Below are positions 26,138 through 40,672 of a DNA stretch of 64,000 nucleotides, in pieces. The DNA is taken from assembly GCF_009914755.1 (NCBI RefSeq), contig NC_060932.1; one strand, written 5' to 3'. The notes beneath the pieces were generated by a model that saw nothing but the letters and a program-made list of their open reading frames with translations, did no database searches and was not told the DNA's origin. The DNA comes from the human T2T-CHM13v2.0 reference genome, Homo sapiens. The position numbers were made by a program, and so were the translations under genes. Numbering within the stretch: the first letter of the stretch is position 1; every line of letters begins with the position of its first letter.

Positions 26138-29100
26138 ACCTTAGAAGAAGACGGGTGAAGTTTTAGGAAACCAAGGGCTTGGCCAGAGAATGGGAGTTTA
26201 TAAATATGTTTTATATGACTTGAGAATGAGCTAGCCTCACTTAATTAGGGGCATACCAAATTTCCTCAGCAGGGAGCTAGACCTGGGAAGAATGTGAAGG
26301 AACACTGGGAGACTGAAATGAGGGCATAAAGTCCTACTGGAAGGTGCATGATTTTTAGTATATTTCCAAAAGAAGGAAGCAAATTCATCTACAAAATGAG
26401 CCACTTACCTTCAACCTGACAGGCTGTACTATTACCTTGATTGTGTGGTCCATCCAGCTCCACTTTAGCCCACAACATGGCATGCATGATACGTAAGAGA
26501 TATTGACTACAACGTTGGAAACCGAAGAAAAATCACTCACCTCTGCTCCCTTGGCCCCCTTCTAGAGCATGTTTTCCAGACTCTGCACACATTTTCAGTT
26601 TATGTCTACATCAGAAAGCCTGGGCAAAATTATTCTCTGTGCACACCAGGTTCAAAACACTGATTCCAAATGTTCCTGGCTTAGTTCTGGGTCAGAACAT
26701 TTTATGGTCAATTGGGCTTCTTTCTCCTTACAAATTCCCACACCTAAAAGTGTCCCAGTGGTATTTCTGCCATGTAGACTCAGTCTCAAGTAAAATGAAT
26801 CGGGTCCCTGGATAGATGAAAATAGCACTGGGTTAAGTTACTCCAATACCCTCAAAAGTAAATAAATAAATATAATTAAATAATATTTGGGAGATCCTAA
26901 GACTAGAATTTTTTTTACAAAACTGTTCCATACATAAGCAGAATATGCATGTAAAGAAAATGTGGGAGAGGAATCTATTCCAGAAATCTATGCATGATAA
27001 TAAAGGCAGGTATTGAAGGAAAAAAATCTATTCTGGCAACCTGAGGTTACAAAATGAACCAGGAATCTAAACTGGAAATGTAATCACCTCTGAGTGGTAT
27101 ATGTTTTACAAGCAAATACTTATTCTTGTCATCCATTCCTGTCCCTCAAATTGAGGCATACTTGTATTCTGGAAAGCTGGAATCCCGGAAGCTTTGAAAC
27201 AAGGCTGACTTGGACTCTAATCCCAAATCTGATAGGTACTACTTGTGCTGCCTTGGGCAAAAACCTTGAAGATTTCCAGTTTCCACAATTGGGCAACAAG
27301 GATACTAACATCTAAGATTAGGCTATAATTGCTTAATACAAGGAAACTGTTATGATGATAATAACAATAATAACATTGTAACATCATCATCATCATTAAT
27401 AGCACCATTGTTAATTATAAGACAGTTATTCAAATAAAATAAAGGTCACAATTGAGGTTTTAAGGAAGTGAAGGAGAAGATAGAATCTGTTCCACAATTT
27501 TACACTTTCCTCAGGTCACTCTGATCTCTTGAAAATAAATTTCATGATTGGAGAAAAGAGCACCTCATAATGAATGTTAATAAACAGGACTGCAACTTCA
27601 AAATCCACATAAATTAGACCAAAAAATGCAAAAAGACATGGAAGTACAGAGGATCTCCCTTAGTCAATGCTGCCAAAAATGCTATTATGTATTCACCCAA
27701 CTGGAGTTCCTTCTAACAAACTGCCACTGAGCATATGGCTACCTTGGGCATTTTTTCATTATCCCAGAGTGTGTCTGCAGTCCCATGTCGGTAAACTCCA
27801 TCTGTATCTCTGTCAATGGAAGAAATTTCCATCAGGAAATATCAGCAGGCATCAGGGAAAGACCTTTCCAATTTACTGAGATCGAAGGAAGTAACTGCAG
27901 GGTTCCCCTCTCTCGCCTCCCTTTTTCTCCAACTCCAGCCAAAAAATGTCTTGTTTTCTTTCCCAAAGATTATCCCATCGCCCACCCCTGCCTGCTCAGG
28001 GGGAGTCTCTGGATGGTCCTTGGGCACATGGTGCTGCACGTGATGTACTAGTTGTATTCTGGGTCACCCAGCCCCTTCAACTCACCACTTAATAGGAATA
28101 AAGAGAAGAGCAGGCGAAAATGGACCTCCCACTTCTCTCAGATGCTGCACCAAGAGAATGCAAAGAGAAACAGCTCTGGGTGCTTTGTTGCTGTTGCTCT
28201 AGTTATTTTAATCTCTTCATGCTGCACAGCACCCATCAGGGACCAAGTTGCAGGCAGGTTTTAACATCAAAGGCAGTGATGAATGTAATGTACCCTTCTG
28301 GGCAGGGCAGGAGCCCTTGCTGGGCAGTGGGTTGGGTTGGGGGAAAGGAGGGTGCAGGGGTGAGGCAGGTAAGTGAGGGAAGCATGCACCAGTGATTAAA
28401 TGTGGGAGCAAGAGCATTAAAAAATGTCAGTCCCAGGCTCCCTTCTGTGTATCTCACAGCCTGACCATTACATCTCAGTTGCATATTGAATGTGACCCTT
28501 ACATTCACAATGCTTCCCCGATATTTTTCACTGTAGACTTAGACAACCATCATGTCAATGTACTAGTTTAAAAGTTTAATATTGACTATGCTGCTTTTAG
28601 AAAATAGACTCAGGGTCAGAACAGCCCCATTTCTCTATTCTCTTCCCTCTCTATACCCCAAATAAGAGCAGATCAATGGCAGAGATGAAATAGATTGCAT
28701 ATTGACATTCCTGGGGATAATTTCTCCATATACAAATATGTCAATTTATCTCATGTATTTATTTTTTAATTTACTTACATGTAGATTTATATGAAGGATA
28801 TACTTAAGCCTCCAATTACCCATGTCAACATTATAGCTCTCCATCGCCCTGAGAGGAATGAACTGGGAAAAACGTTCACTATTTTGAAAATCCCATTAAT
28901 AACACAGGCCCCATTTGGGTGTTATTTGCAATGAGAGTCTCATTGAAAAAAGAACCTCCAACCAATTATCTTTGGACTTTATAGAACTTTGGACTTCCTA
29001 GAACCTATGAAGTTCATAAAAACTAATTGTAATTCTTCCTGAGTCCAAAACAATGGAAAGAAATACTTGGAGTAGGATTTTACAAGTTTATCTACTTAAA

Positions 29101-29654
29101 ACAAAACAAAACAAAACAAAAATGGAGCACTGGGAAAATGTTAGCCAATTACAGTATGCATTTGTGTATTCATACCCATAAATATCCACCAGCAGAGGAC
29201 GTCACAGGTCTAGCCCTCTGCCATGAATGTCTAAGTTCCTACCACGCATCTCAGGCCCATACACTGGAGAGAAGGGGAGGGGGAAACCAAGCCAAGCCCA
29301 GCAACGGAAGACACAGCACACTCTCATCCCAGCCTTCATAGACCCCTTTCTTACAGTACATCAGAAGTCACTAGTAAAATTAAAATTCTTTCTCAACAAG
29401 ATATGCTATATTCTCACCTTCAGTTGGATATTCAGAGTGAAAACTAGAATAACAATTCACCATTGCCCTGGCCCAAAGCACATCCAATCTTTTTCCCCCA
29501 ACTCCCATATCATTTTGGCAAAGTATCATAAAACTGCTACCAAAGCCGAATCTATTTCTATAGCTAGCTATCCATCTACATATCTTCATTGCCTACAAAA
29601 TAGTAAATATAAATGCTTTTGCATTTTTATTTGTTCTAAACCTACCCTCTTTTT

Positions 29655-29978
<324 letters not shown>

Positions 29979-30629
29979 AATCCTACCCTCTTTTTAAGGT
30001 CCAGCTCTCTCATTTTGGAAATAACTTCTTCCTCTGAACAAGTGCAGTGCTCACTGTTTATATCTCTAATTATTCTTATCTCTTTCCATCTCATGATACA
30101 TTCACTTATATTCATGTCTCATTTCTCAAAGGGAAAATATTCCATTTCTTGAGTATAAAATCCATAGCTGTTCCTTCTCTGTACTTCTACAACACCTACT
30201 TTTCTTTAACATTTAGAAGGCCCCCAATAAATGTTGTTTGTATCAGTGAACAAATAAATAACTTTCAATTATGCTAAATAAATGCAAGGTATCATTTATA
30301 ATATAGAAAAATGCATGTTCTATCTACGCAGGTGGATGTAAAATGACAACGTGACTCTAAAAAATAGAAAAAACTTGGCCTGGGCATGCACGGAAAAACA
30401 AATATAAGGGGCTCAACAGGAACAAACTGCAAAATCCCAAGCTCTCTTCTATCTGCAGCTGTCCCTTCTCTTGAAATTACTTCTTGCCACAGTGATATAG
30501 GACTCGCACTGCTCATTGGGATACACAATCCATCTTCAGGAGCCCATAGTCACAGGAAGAAGAGAAGAGGAAAAAAATTCCTAAGCACATTTCACCCATT
30601 GGTTTTGATCCTCAGCCAAGGCCGTCCAC

Positions 30630-30708
30630 CTGCAAAAATTCCCCAACTATCACATTTCTACTGCTTTGGCTGATAACGAAGATAATTGTTTCATCCACTT
30701 TGTCAAAG
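30630..30708 (-). CDS. Exon 2 of putative spliced ORF
   Basis: Acceptor ctcttttcatttcAG, donor CAG|GTggac. 79 nt: (G)FDKVDETIIFVISQSSRNVIVGEFLQ. Confidence 0.5.
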
Positions 30709-30719
30709 CTGAAATGAAA

Positions 30720-31060
30720 AGAGGGCAAAGCAAAATGATGCCATCACAAATCACCAGGCTGAGACAGCAAAAGAGGGACAAGATAGCAACTTCATTAAGG
30801 GTTATGTATTGTGCCATTAAGTTGGCAGGGGGGTCACCTTTTCTGTCACACCCGGCCTCTGTGATGCATTGCCAGCTCTTCTTTCCAATAAAATTAAACG
30901 GAGATGTAAAACTGATTAGGGCCATGTTTGCTTCAGCCTGTGGCAAAGGGAATGGTACAGGGAATAATTGATATAAGATTGCAACTGATGCATAATGACA
31001 GCAATTTCTCTTCCTGGTCATTTCATTGCTGACCTTGCCCATTAAAATAAGCTCAGCTGC
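30720..31060. promoter_or_regulatory. Candidate conserved non-coding or enhancer element
   Basis: Repeat-free and dense in homeodomain-type TAAT/ATTA cores (cttcattaag, gccattaagt, ctgattagg, aataattgat, gcataatgac, cccattaaaa). Conservation is inferred, not measured. Confidence 0.45.
30852..30925 (-). CDS. Exon 1 (coding part) of putative 325-aa spliced ORF
   Basis: ATG in a strong Kozak context (gcaaacATGG). Reads MALISFTSPFNFIGKKSWQCITEA; donor GG|GTgtga; 143-nt intron 1. Confidence 0.5.
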
Positions 31061-31735
31061 CTTGGAGAAAGAGACACTTCATTTCCCATCACCCTGTGGC
31101 CCCATGGCATCTCCCATTTCCCCCAATCACCAGCCTTCACCAAAACAACATAGCTAGAAATGCTGCAAGCTAGAGATTTGGAGAAGCAGCTGGTTCACAT
31201 GGATATGCATTGCAGATCCTTCATGCCACTGATAGCATGAACTCCTTGACTCCCCAAATGGTGGCTTCAGACAATTCTATGCTTCACTAGTTTTTAAATC
31301 CTGCCATGCTGAACATCAGGTTATTGGCCCGTTTGGTCTGAGCCTCAGACTCACCACATGAGGACCTGTCTGTGTATTCTGTCATTGCTGAGGTATGGAA
31401 GCTACTGTAAGCATAGAAATGACTGACTTTATCCTCACAATAACAAATCATGTCTTCTAATGCTTTATGAACTCAACAATTTAGACAGTCTCCATCCAAA
31501 GCGTACCCATTATTCAATCAACAAATATTCATTAGAGGTCTATTAGGTACCAAGCACTGTGCTAAACATTGACAATAGACAGTTATGTCCCTGCCTTCAT
31601 GGGGCTCACAGTTGAGTGGCATTTTCCACTGGAATAATATGGATGGCTCATGTGTGTTGAATGTTTATTATGTGCAAAGCACTATTCTATGCAATTTACA
31701 TACATTAACTCATGTAATCTTCATAGTACCAATAA

Positions 31736-32152
<417 letters not shown>

Positions 32153-35100
32153 AAGAACCGTTATTTCAGATGCCATGAGCTGAAGCCAGGAACTAAACGT
32201 GAAAAAAAATATTTTATTAATTTTTTTTGTTTTTCTCTTAATTCATTCCCCAGCCTGGTCAAGTCACTGATATATTTTATCCAGCCTTCAAGAAGACAGA
32301 GTATGTATTCATCAAAGGGAATTCATGCTAGAATCCTGTACTTTCCTATGGGTCAGGACTGCCAACAACAACAACAACAACAAAAGTCATGTATATTCCA
32401 GTTAATAAACATTTAATTTCATATAATATAAAATCATATACTGTTTTCTTTCTCTTTATTTCACTTGATGTCTGAGATTGGTGTTTCCATGGTATATCCA
32501 GATAAATGAGCAAAGCTTATGGGTTCATCTCACAAATGTCTAATTTCAGTGTTGAAATTAGACCCCATGATGTTGGGGGTCAAGATCATGGCAAACAGCA
32601 GTGAAAAAAATCTGGCCAACAAGGCATCCAGAAACAACTCCTGTCACCCGTATTCTCAACCTAGCTGAAGGGACGTGGACTATATGACTCCACGATTCTC
32701 TTGCCTTTGTCGGGAATCCCAGCAGTTGGGAACACGCAGATAAATATTAAATATGACCTAGTCGTCACAGTGACCTCTGTGGCAGTGAAGGGAGATCTAT
32801 TACTTCAGCCTCTCTAACAGAAGCTTGCAACCTTGATCTGTTTGTCCGCCTGTCTGTCCAGCTGTCTGTCTCTGTCCCACCACTTTCTAGGCTGTGATTG
32901 GGTCCAGGGATTACAGTGGCTCTGGGTGGGAAGCTTGTAAATGACAAGTAACAGATGCTCTGCCAAAAAAGTGATCATACCAGAAATGGACTAAGTTAAA
33001 CCAGACTACATCCACCCACCCCATCTCACCATGACCCCACACCTCAGGAAGGAGGAACGCCTTAGAAGGCTTTGTATAAACGAAGACAGGGCTGTGCACA
33101 CTTCCCACTCAATGACTCATGCATCATGGAATTAGAGGCCCCAACCATGCACTCATAAACAGCAAATGGAAAACAAACACACTGAGCACGCCCACAAGTG
33201 TCGTTTCCTTCCTCCTCCCCGCCTCACCTACACACTCCCACCATCCAGGCCCCAGGCCTCTGTGCTGCAAAGTCCAACCGGGGGGACTCTGTGAATGCTG
33301 GGATGATTAACGCAAGCTGGCTGCAAGAAGGAGACCCCCAGGATGAGGGATGCCACTGGATCTGAGATTGCCCTGGGAGTCAGGATTTTTCCCACACAGG
33401 GAGATCATCAGAGAGAAACCTCCTCTTTGCGTCAACTACAATCACAGACAACTTTTTCATTATATGACACATAGACATGGTATGCTTGCAGCCATAATGA
33501 CATATAATCCCTAAAACATTTTTATGAGGTGAGTGGTATTAGCCTCACTTTACAGGAAATGAATGAAACCTAGGCTCAGAGATAGGCTGGAGGCCACACA
33601 GCACTGAGGGATGATCTGCCTCCAGAAGAAAAGAATTTCCACTACTCCATGGGAGAAAAGGCAAATTTGTCTGAGTGCAAACTCACATCATATCAGCCTC
33701 TCTGACCCACTCAGGACTGCTTCCCAGTCAATGGTCAAGGAAACAGGCAGGAGCCTCCACCTCCTACATCTACCCCACGCCTGCCTTAAATATTCTCAGG
33801 AAGCCAAGAATTCACTTCCCTTCCCTCCACCCAGGCAGGCAGGGCCTATATTGGGCTGGAATGCGAAGGTAGCCAGGGAAACAGAGCCCATGGCTAGACG
33901 TTATCAAGGGCCTGCGGCCTGCATGGCTCCTTAAGAGAAACAGGATGGGTGGAAGATGTTCATTATTCAGATCCTCATTAACAAAATTATACTTACCTTG
34001 AACCTGCTCCTGCAGAAAACAGACTGGGATGGAGTCCATTGCCTCACCTTTCCCCAAGCAATGATGCTCAAATGGAGGTGGCAGGCCTCCTCTCTGTCTC
34101 ATTCCCCATCTCTCTATTCCAATCCCGCTCTTACTATGTGAATAAAAGATGGCCTCATCTAAAAAGAAAGAAAAGAACAAGCTTAGGGAAGAAAATATCT
34201 AAAATAAAAGGATTCATCCCAGCAAGAATACCTGGAAGCCTCATGGCTAGCAATGCTTTAAAGAAAAACAAACTTTTATTATTCAGTTAACAAATGAAAG
34301 CTTTAAGTCTTAGCAATGTACTGGCCAGGAGGGAATGTGAAGATGAAGAAGATACTTTGCTTGTCCTTAAAGAGTCCTACTGGGTGTTTCTCAGTGCCTT
34401 CCAGGGACAGTTGCTGCACACTCATCACACACTGACACGCGCCCTCTGCCTTGACTGTTAGAACTGGAGCCAGAAACACAAATATGTGGATTCTGGAACT
34501 GGAGTCAGAAAAAAATGTGGAATACAGAATTCTCACAAGGCCCCTTTTGGCGTTATTCTCTAAGCCAACATGGCACCAAATTCCTGGAAACTGCTCCAGA
34601 GTACCTTCTCCTACACCCTTACTTAATTTGCCAAAACCCTGTGGCACATCAGAATCTGCCATGGGGTTTTGCAGAGGCTGAGTAGTGGGCTGAACCCCCC
34701 ATTGCACTCTGACCAGATAGTACAGCCCCTTCTTCATCTATCAGTTAGACTCAGAAAGCCATCATGTTGAATTTGGAGGAACGGTTTTCCCCTGGCAAAA
34801 TAGAAACCACTTTTGAAAACCACTGAAGAGGTTATCTGAGCTATTTTCCAGCTCTGATATTTAGTGACATAGGATTGTTTTCTGTGATTAAAAGTCCACT
34901 TGTGTAGGGTCAGTGCTCACCGACAGATTTTCCCAAAACTCTCCTTACCTCCTGCAGGAGATTGTCATCATTGAAGGAAAATAGCAGAGCCAAGCCCCTC
35001 AGTTGCCCGGACCCATGTAACTGACAGTGGCTGACTCATTCAACAAATATTTACTGAGAACTGCAGCATGACAGCAGTGTGCCAGCTGTTGACTTCGTGA

Positions 35101-36621
35101 GAATTGAGAATCGGCTCCATGGAAACTCCCCACAGCCCGGGGCTTAACAGCACTTTAGGTCAGGTTGACCTGGTCTCCAGCCTGGGCTCATTGTCTGTGC
35201 AACCACTGAAGGTTGCTCACTCATTCTGAGCCTCAGTCTCCTTGTCGGTAAGAATAATGTTGTGAAGATCCATGACAGTCTTACTGAGTAGCGTAGTGAG
35301 TGTGAAAACACATAGCACATACTAAATGCTCAAAAAAATGTCATGATGACTACTGTCATAAAGTTCAGTTGCTTACTATCTCTCCCCAGAACTATCTCAA
35401 CTCTCTATAAACTGGTATCTCTGACTTCCGTTATCACCCTTCCCCTTCATCTTCTGATTGGGCCAGAGGGATGGCTCTTCATTCTTACTCATGCTTGAAG
35501 GCCAAATTCAAATGTCATCCCTTCTGCTAAGGCATTCTTAATTCTAAGACGCAAAATTAAACTTTGAGATTCCCAGTGCATACTTCTGTTTTTTCCGTTA
35601 TAGCATTTGATACATTATATACATTGATTTATGCAGCAAATATTTATTGAGTGTCTGCCAGGTGCCAAGCCTTGCTCTAATCCCCAGGGGATACATCAGA
35701 GACACCTAGACAATTGCTTGTTTGTGTCTCAGTCTCTGATCTCCCAGTCCCCACAGGGTGAGAAAGAAGGAAGCGGCATTCCTCGGCTTAGCTACATGTC
35801 TCAACCAATGTGTTCAACGCGAGTTTTCTCAAATGGGCAAGCGAATCTGATAGCTATACCTGTGGTCACTGGATCTGCAAGAGTGGATGTACAAAAGCTG
35901 CCTTCCTACTGTGGTTTGAGAATCCACAGGCGGCTGGAAAAACCTTGAGTTGCTTCTCACAACCCATGGATTGCGTCATCCCAGCCTTCAGCTCCACACC
36001 CTGCATCTGCGGCTAGGAACTGAGGCAGGAGAGAAAATCAGGGAAGAGAAAAGAAGGCACGGTAGAGGTTAACACAAGTTTTAAACTTTAAAATTTGATG
36101 AACGGCTAGCGGCCTATGGAGACCTACAGGAATCCTAAGTTAACATCAGGTGCACACACCTGGGGCCTTGTGTTTGGTCCAGCCACTTGGATCATGCCCA
36201 TGGACAAGCCCCTGGGAGAGACTGCAGCTCCAGACTCTTCCAAGAAGACATTAGCAAGGATTTATATTTCTGCTCCAGCCCCCTCTCACCTTCTGGCATT
36301 TGGAAAAGACGTCATAGGAGCCAGCCTGGCCACAGGGGAACAGCAGCAAAAGTGGGGGACAAACAGAACAAAGAGAGGTCAGCTGATGTGCAACAGCCCT
36401 CTCCCCAGAGGATTCCTCCTCTCACACTCCAATGCCATTTAAGGCAGAGCCAGGGAACAAAAGAATAACAGGGAATGAACTAAGTGGCTAAAATATTCCA
36501 ATCCCCAAATCTCATTATCAGCTTGTTGCATTGCTGGGACACCTGTGGTTAAAGGCAGAGAAGCTGATGCAGCATCTACAGGAAACATGAGGCCAGCACA
36601 GGTCATGAGTCAAAAGCTTGA

Positions 36622-36624
36622 GGT

Positions 36625-36660
<36 letters not shown>
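36622..36660. repeat. (TG)n microsatellite
   Basis: Near-perfect TG run. Confidence 0.95.
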
Positions 36661-36661
<1 letters not shown>

Positions 36662-37789
36662 CTCATGTAGAGACACACAGTCAGGGAAGATGTTTCAGGT
36701 CTACTGTTTCCATTGTCCTTCTTCAGCTAAATAACAACTGATAGTAAGTTGGGGGTTGGCAAGAAAAAGGAAAAGGAATGAATAAAATATTGCCATGGGT
36801 GGCTTGAAGCAAAGCAAATCCAAGACCCCCCAAAGCAGCTCAGCTGCTCTCAGAGTTTTCTTAGAAAGGCAACCACCAAGAGTGGCATTCCAGCACCCTT
36901 CTGCTTGAGGGTAATAATGGGCACAGAGAGCTCTATCACCATTGCTTCCAAGGTGCAAGCGCTGCTCAGAAAAGATTCTTACCAAATCCTTCACGTTTCA
37001 GATAACATCTGTAATCTGATGTTACTTTTCACCTAGCTTTGTGCCTGATAGAGAGCAAGTACTTGGCACGGACTCATTGAATACGTGAATGAATGAATGA
37101 ATGAGTGAGTGAGTGAATGAGATCAGGGGAAAGCTGTTTGCATCAGAAAACATTAAGGCTGAGTATGGAGGGGAGAAAGGGAGGTCATAAGGATAAGAGG
37201 CGCTGGAGCCACCGAGTTCTTAATCAAATAAATGGCATGGTATGGGTATGGCCCCTTTGTCATTTGCAAGTCACGAGGGGAGCTACAGATATATAAGACA
37301 TCAGCCTGTCCTCAGGGAGCATATGATCCACAGCCAAGGGCCAACGTGTGCACAAATGATGGTGAACAAAAACAACAATGGTCACAAAAATCAGCACAGG
37401 GAAAGTGCCAGCAACAGAAGCCCCAGTAAGAAATAGTGCAGGACAAAATGTAGGTGTCAACAGCAAGGTCTTCTAAATTGCAAGGGCACTTTTATTTTGG
37501 ACTCTGGTAGCAGGGCAGAGAGGCTCCAGGAAGTGCAGCACCCAAATATCCTTTCAGGTGGCAGGAGGACAGCTGGAACCCCTGGCACCACAAGGTACCT
37601 TTCCGTCCCCCATTTGCTTGCCAGTCCTGCCGACTCAAAGAGTCGGGCACTAATCGTGGAGGGATTTTTGTAATGTCTTTATATAGATGAGTTAATGTAA
37701 AGGCTTTCCAACATAAGCATGTTTTTCTGTTCCTTCTCTCTGACCTTGGCATTTTCTTTCTCCGTTCCAGGCTCAGCGCTGTCCTGTGG

Positions 37790-38350
37790 CCAGGTTTGCC
37801 TCTCATTTGTCAATGTTATTATTGAATTTTCAAATGCCAGTAGTACACATAAATCAATGGCTTTCTTCTCCCTACTGGCATATCCCTGCCACATGTGGTC
37901 ATTCATTTTTTTAATAAGTCCTCCTCTCTTTTCACCCATTTATAAAAATGCATCTTGTTCCCCCACCACCGTCCATCACTCGGTGAGCCCAGCTATTTGT
38001 TGCCCCTGAGTGCTTATTCATCAACGTTTTCAAAAGCAAAATCACTCTTCGCCTCCTGCTCTTATTGTGCCATCAATCTTGACTGGAGGATCAATAAACT
38101 TCGCTTCTGCAATTTCCCCTCCACCCCTTCGGAGCTGACTCTCTCCAAAGTGCAGTCTTTTTATTTACATTTTTAACTGATCATCAGCAGAGGGGGGACG
38201 GCGGTGTCAGGGAAGCGAAGGGCTTTCATTTGCTCCCGAGGCAGCAATAACCATCCATGCATCGGTCATTTAACACGGTAACCCAGTGAAATTGATACTC
38301 GACTCTTCCCTGCCCAGGGTCCACCCGCGTAAATCATAACCAGAGGAAAC
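37790..38350. promoter_or_regulatory. Candidate conserved enhancer-like element
   Basis: Repeat-free with locally retained CpGs. Repeated ATCAAT/ATTGA motifs (aaatcaatgg, ccatcaatct, ggatcaataaa, aaattgatac), a forkhead-like tatttac and a CTCF-like tcagcagagggggg. Confidence 0.45.
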
Positions 38351-39942
38351 AAAAGCCCTGCCTGAGCAGTGTGTCTTGCCGGCAGGCAGGCAAGGAACGA
38401 GGCTGAGTGACTCACTCTCTCCAAGTCTGGTTGGAGGAGAGGCACATGGTTTCCAGGAATTTCTTTGCATTGTTTTATATGTATTAAGGGAAAATTAAAA
38501 TAAAAGGATCTGAAGTGTTGAGAAAGGAGAAGAAGGCTGAATTTAAAATGGGCAGACATATAAGGCCAGGCTAGCAAAGGGGCCTTGAATTGACTGGCTC
38601 ATTAAATCTCCTCGAGGCTTGTAGACACATCGAGTTCACAGGGCTCTTGCCTGCTGTTAATGCTTGCAGAGAGATGGGCAATGTCCAAATTGCAAAGCTC
38701 CACGAGGCAAGTGAGTCGCCTATGAAGTCAGAGGGATTTTTGTTTAACCCGCCCTAAGAGCATTTCCTCAAGTCTGAACTAAAACACAAGTAAGATAATA
38801 TGGATTTGACACCCCAACATCCACTGAGGATTAAAGCATGTTGTCTTTCTTGGTTTGGTTTTTCCATTACTATTTAAATTTTGAACTGCTTTAGGGCTTC
38901 CAGGTAGTGAGGTTGGCTAACCTAGTCAGGAAGCTTGCCAGCTGATCACTAAGTACTGTAAAGTGTTAATGGTACCCTCTCTCCCACCACTAGTGTTCTC
39001 AGCTTAATGAAGAATGATACAGATGAAGGGAAGCTGGGGAAAAGAACTCACCCCTTTTGCATACCTACCCTGCTCCAGGTGCTCTGCATCTGCCACCGTG
39101 CAGATTGTTACAGCAACTCACCAGGTAAGTTCTGTGCCCATGATTCAAGGCTGGGTAAATTGCCATACAGAGATTAAGCTATGGGCCCAAGCTATAAATT
39201 TTGAATACAGCTCTCTGATTCCGAAGTCTTTTCATTACCCAATACTATCTCAAGTCCTCAGGAGTCATCTGACTCGCACCAGGGAAGTCCCCAAAGGAGT
39301 TCTATGGAGAGTGCCTGTAACTGATCTAAGAGGACAGCCTCCTTTTCCACCCCCAGAGCCATCAAATTCCTGTCATAGGTTTTGGTGACAAAGGAAATTC
39401 AGGGTTCAAGAGTTAAAGCAGCCTCAGGAGTCTGGCATCCAAGACCCAGTAGGGCTGGAGGAAAGCAATGCATTGCATGATGGATGATCTATTCCAAAGT
39501 GGAGGTGGGGTGGCCACTGCTCTTGAGGAAGTTGCTTCCCTTTCCTGAGCCTCAGTTTTCTCACCTCTAAAATTACGGAGTTGGACTCCAGGATGCCTAA
39601 GGTCTCTCATAGATGTGAAATTGCTATAATCCCTTCAGTGTTTCCATTAGCATTTTCGGCAAAGGTACGTAGCTTGGAATACACAGAGCTGATCTGAGTA
39701 TGGCATCTTTAGATATGAAGCCCTCACTGTCTTCAACTCTGTGGGGCCCAAGAGTGCCAAGATCAGAGAGAGTTTGCAGTGGCACTTTACAAATACATGC
39801 TGACTTCCCTCTTTAATCTCTTCAGTTATAATATGGGAGCAATCAGATTTGATGAAGACACTGCTTTGGGGGCTTTAGATATTTGGATTCATATTTTTGA
39901 ATTTTAAGGAGAAGTAAAGTTTTGAAATAAAAATATAAGATG

Positions 39943-40228
39943 GGCCGGGCACGGTGGCTCACGCCTGCAATCCCAGCACTTTGGGGGGCCAAGGCGAGCA
40001 AATCACAAGGTCAGGAATTTGAGACCAGGCTGGCCAACATGGTGAAACCCCATCTCTACTGAAAATACAAAAAAATTAGCTGGGCGTGGTGGCAGACGCC
40101 TATAATCCCAGCTACTGGGGAGGCTGAGGCAGGAGAATTGCTTGAACTCAGGAGGCAGAGGTTGCAGTGAGCCAAGATGCACCACTACACTCCAGCCCAG
40201 GTGACAGTGCAAGACTCCATCTGAAAAA
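39943..40228 (+). mobile_element. AluS
   Basis: Full dimer whose tail runs directly into the AT-rich VNTR. Confidence 0.92.
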
Positions 40229-40672
40229 ATATATATATCCACATATATATATAATATATATATCCACATATATATCATATACATCCACATATATATGATA
40301 TATATCATATACATCCACATATATATGATATATATCATATACATCCACATATATATGATATATATCATATACATCCACATATATATGATATATATCATAT
40401 ACATCCACATATATATGATATATATCATATACATCCACATATATATGATATATATCATATACATCCACATATATATGATATATATCATATACATCCACAT
40501 ATATATCATATATATCATATACATCCACATATATATGATATATATCATATACATCCACATATATATCATATATATCATATACATCCACATATATATCATA
40601 TATATCATATACATCCACATATATATCATATATATCATATATATCATATATATCATATATATCATATATGAT
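40229..40672. repeat. AT-rich 30-bp VNTR (atatat[g/c]atatatatcatatacatccacat)
   Basis: Eleven exact-length units at 40291-40620, with degenerate flanks and 9-bp atatatcat units at the 3' end. Confidence 0.96.

Noticed and set aside
40229-40672. Possible CRISPR-like array
   Set aside because: Head-to-tail units with no unique spacers, no cas genes, and a primate genomic context.
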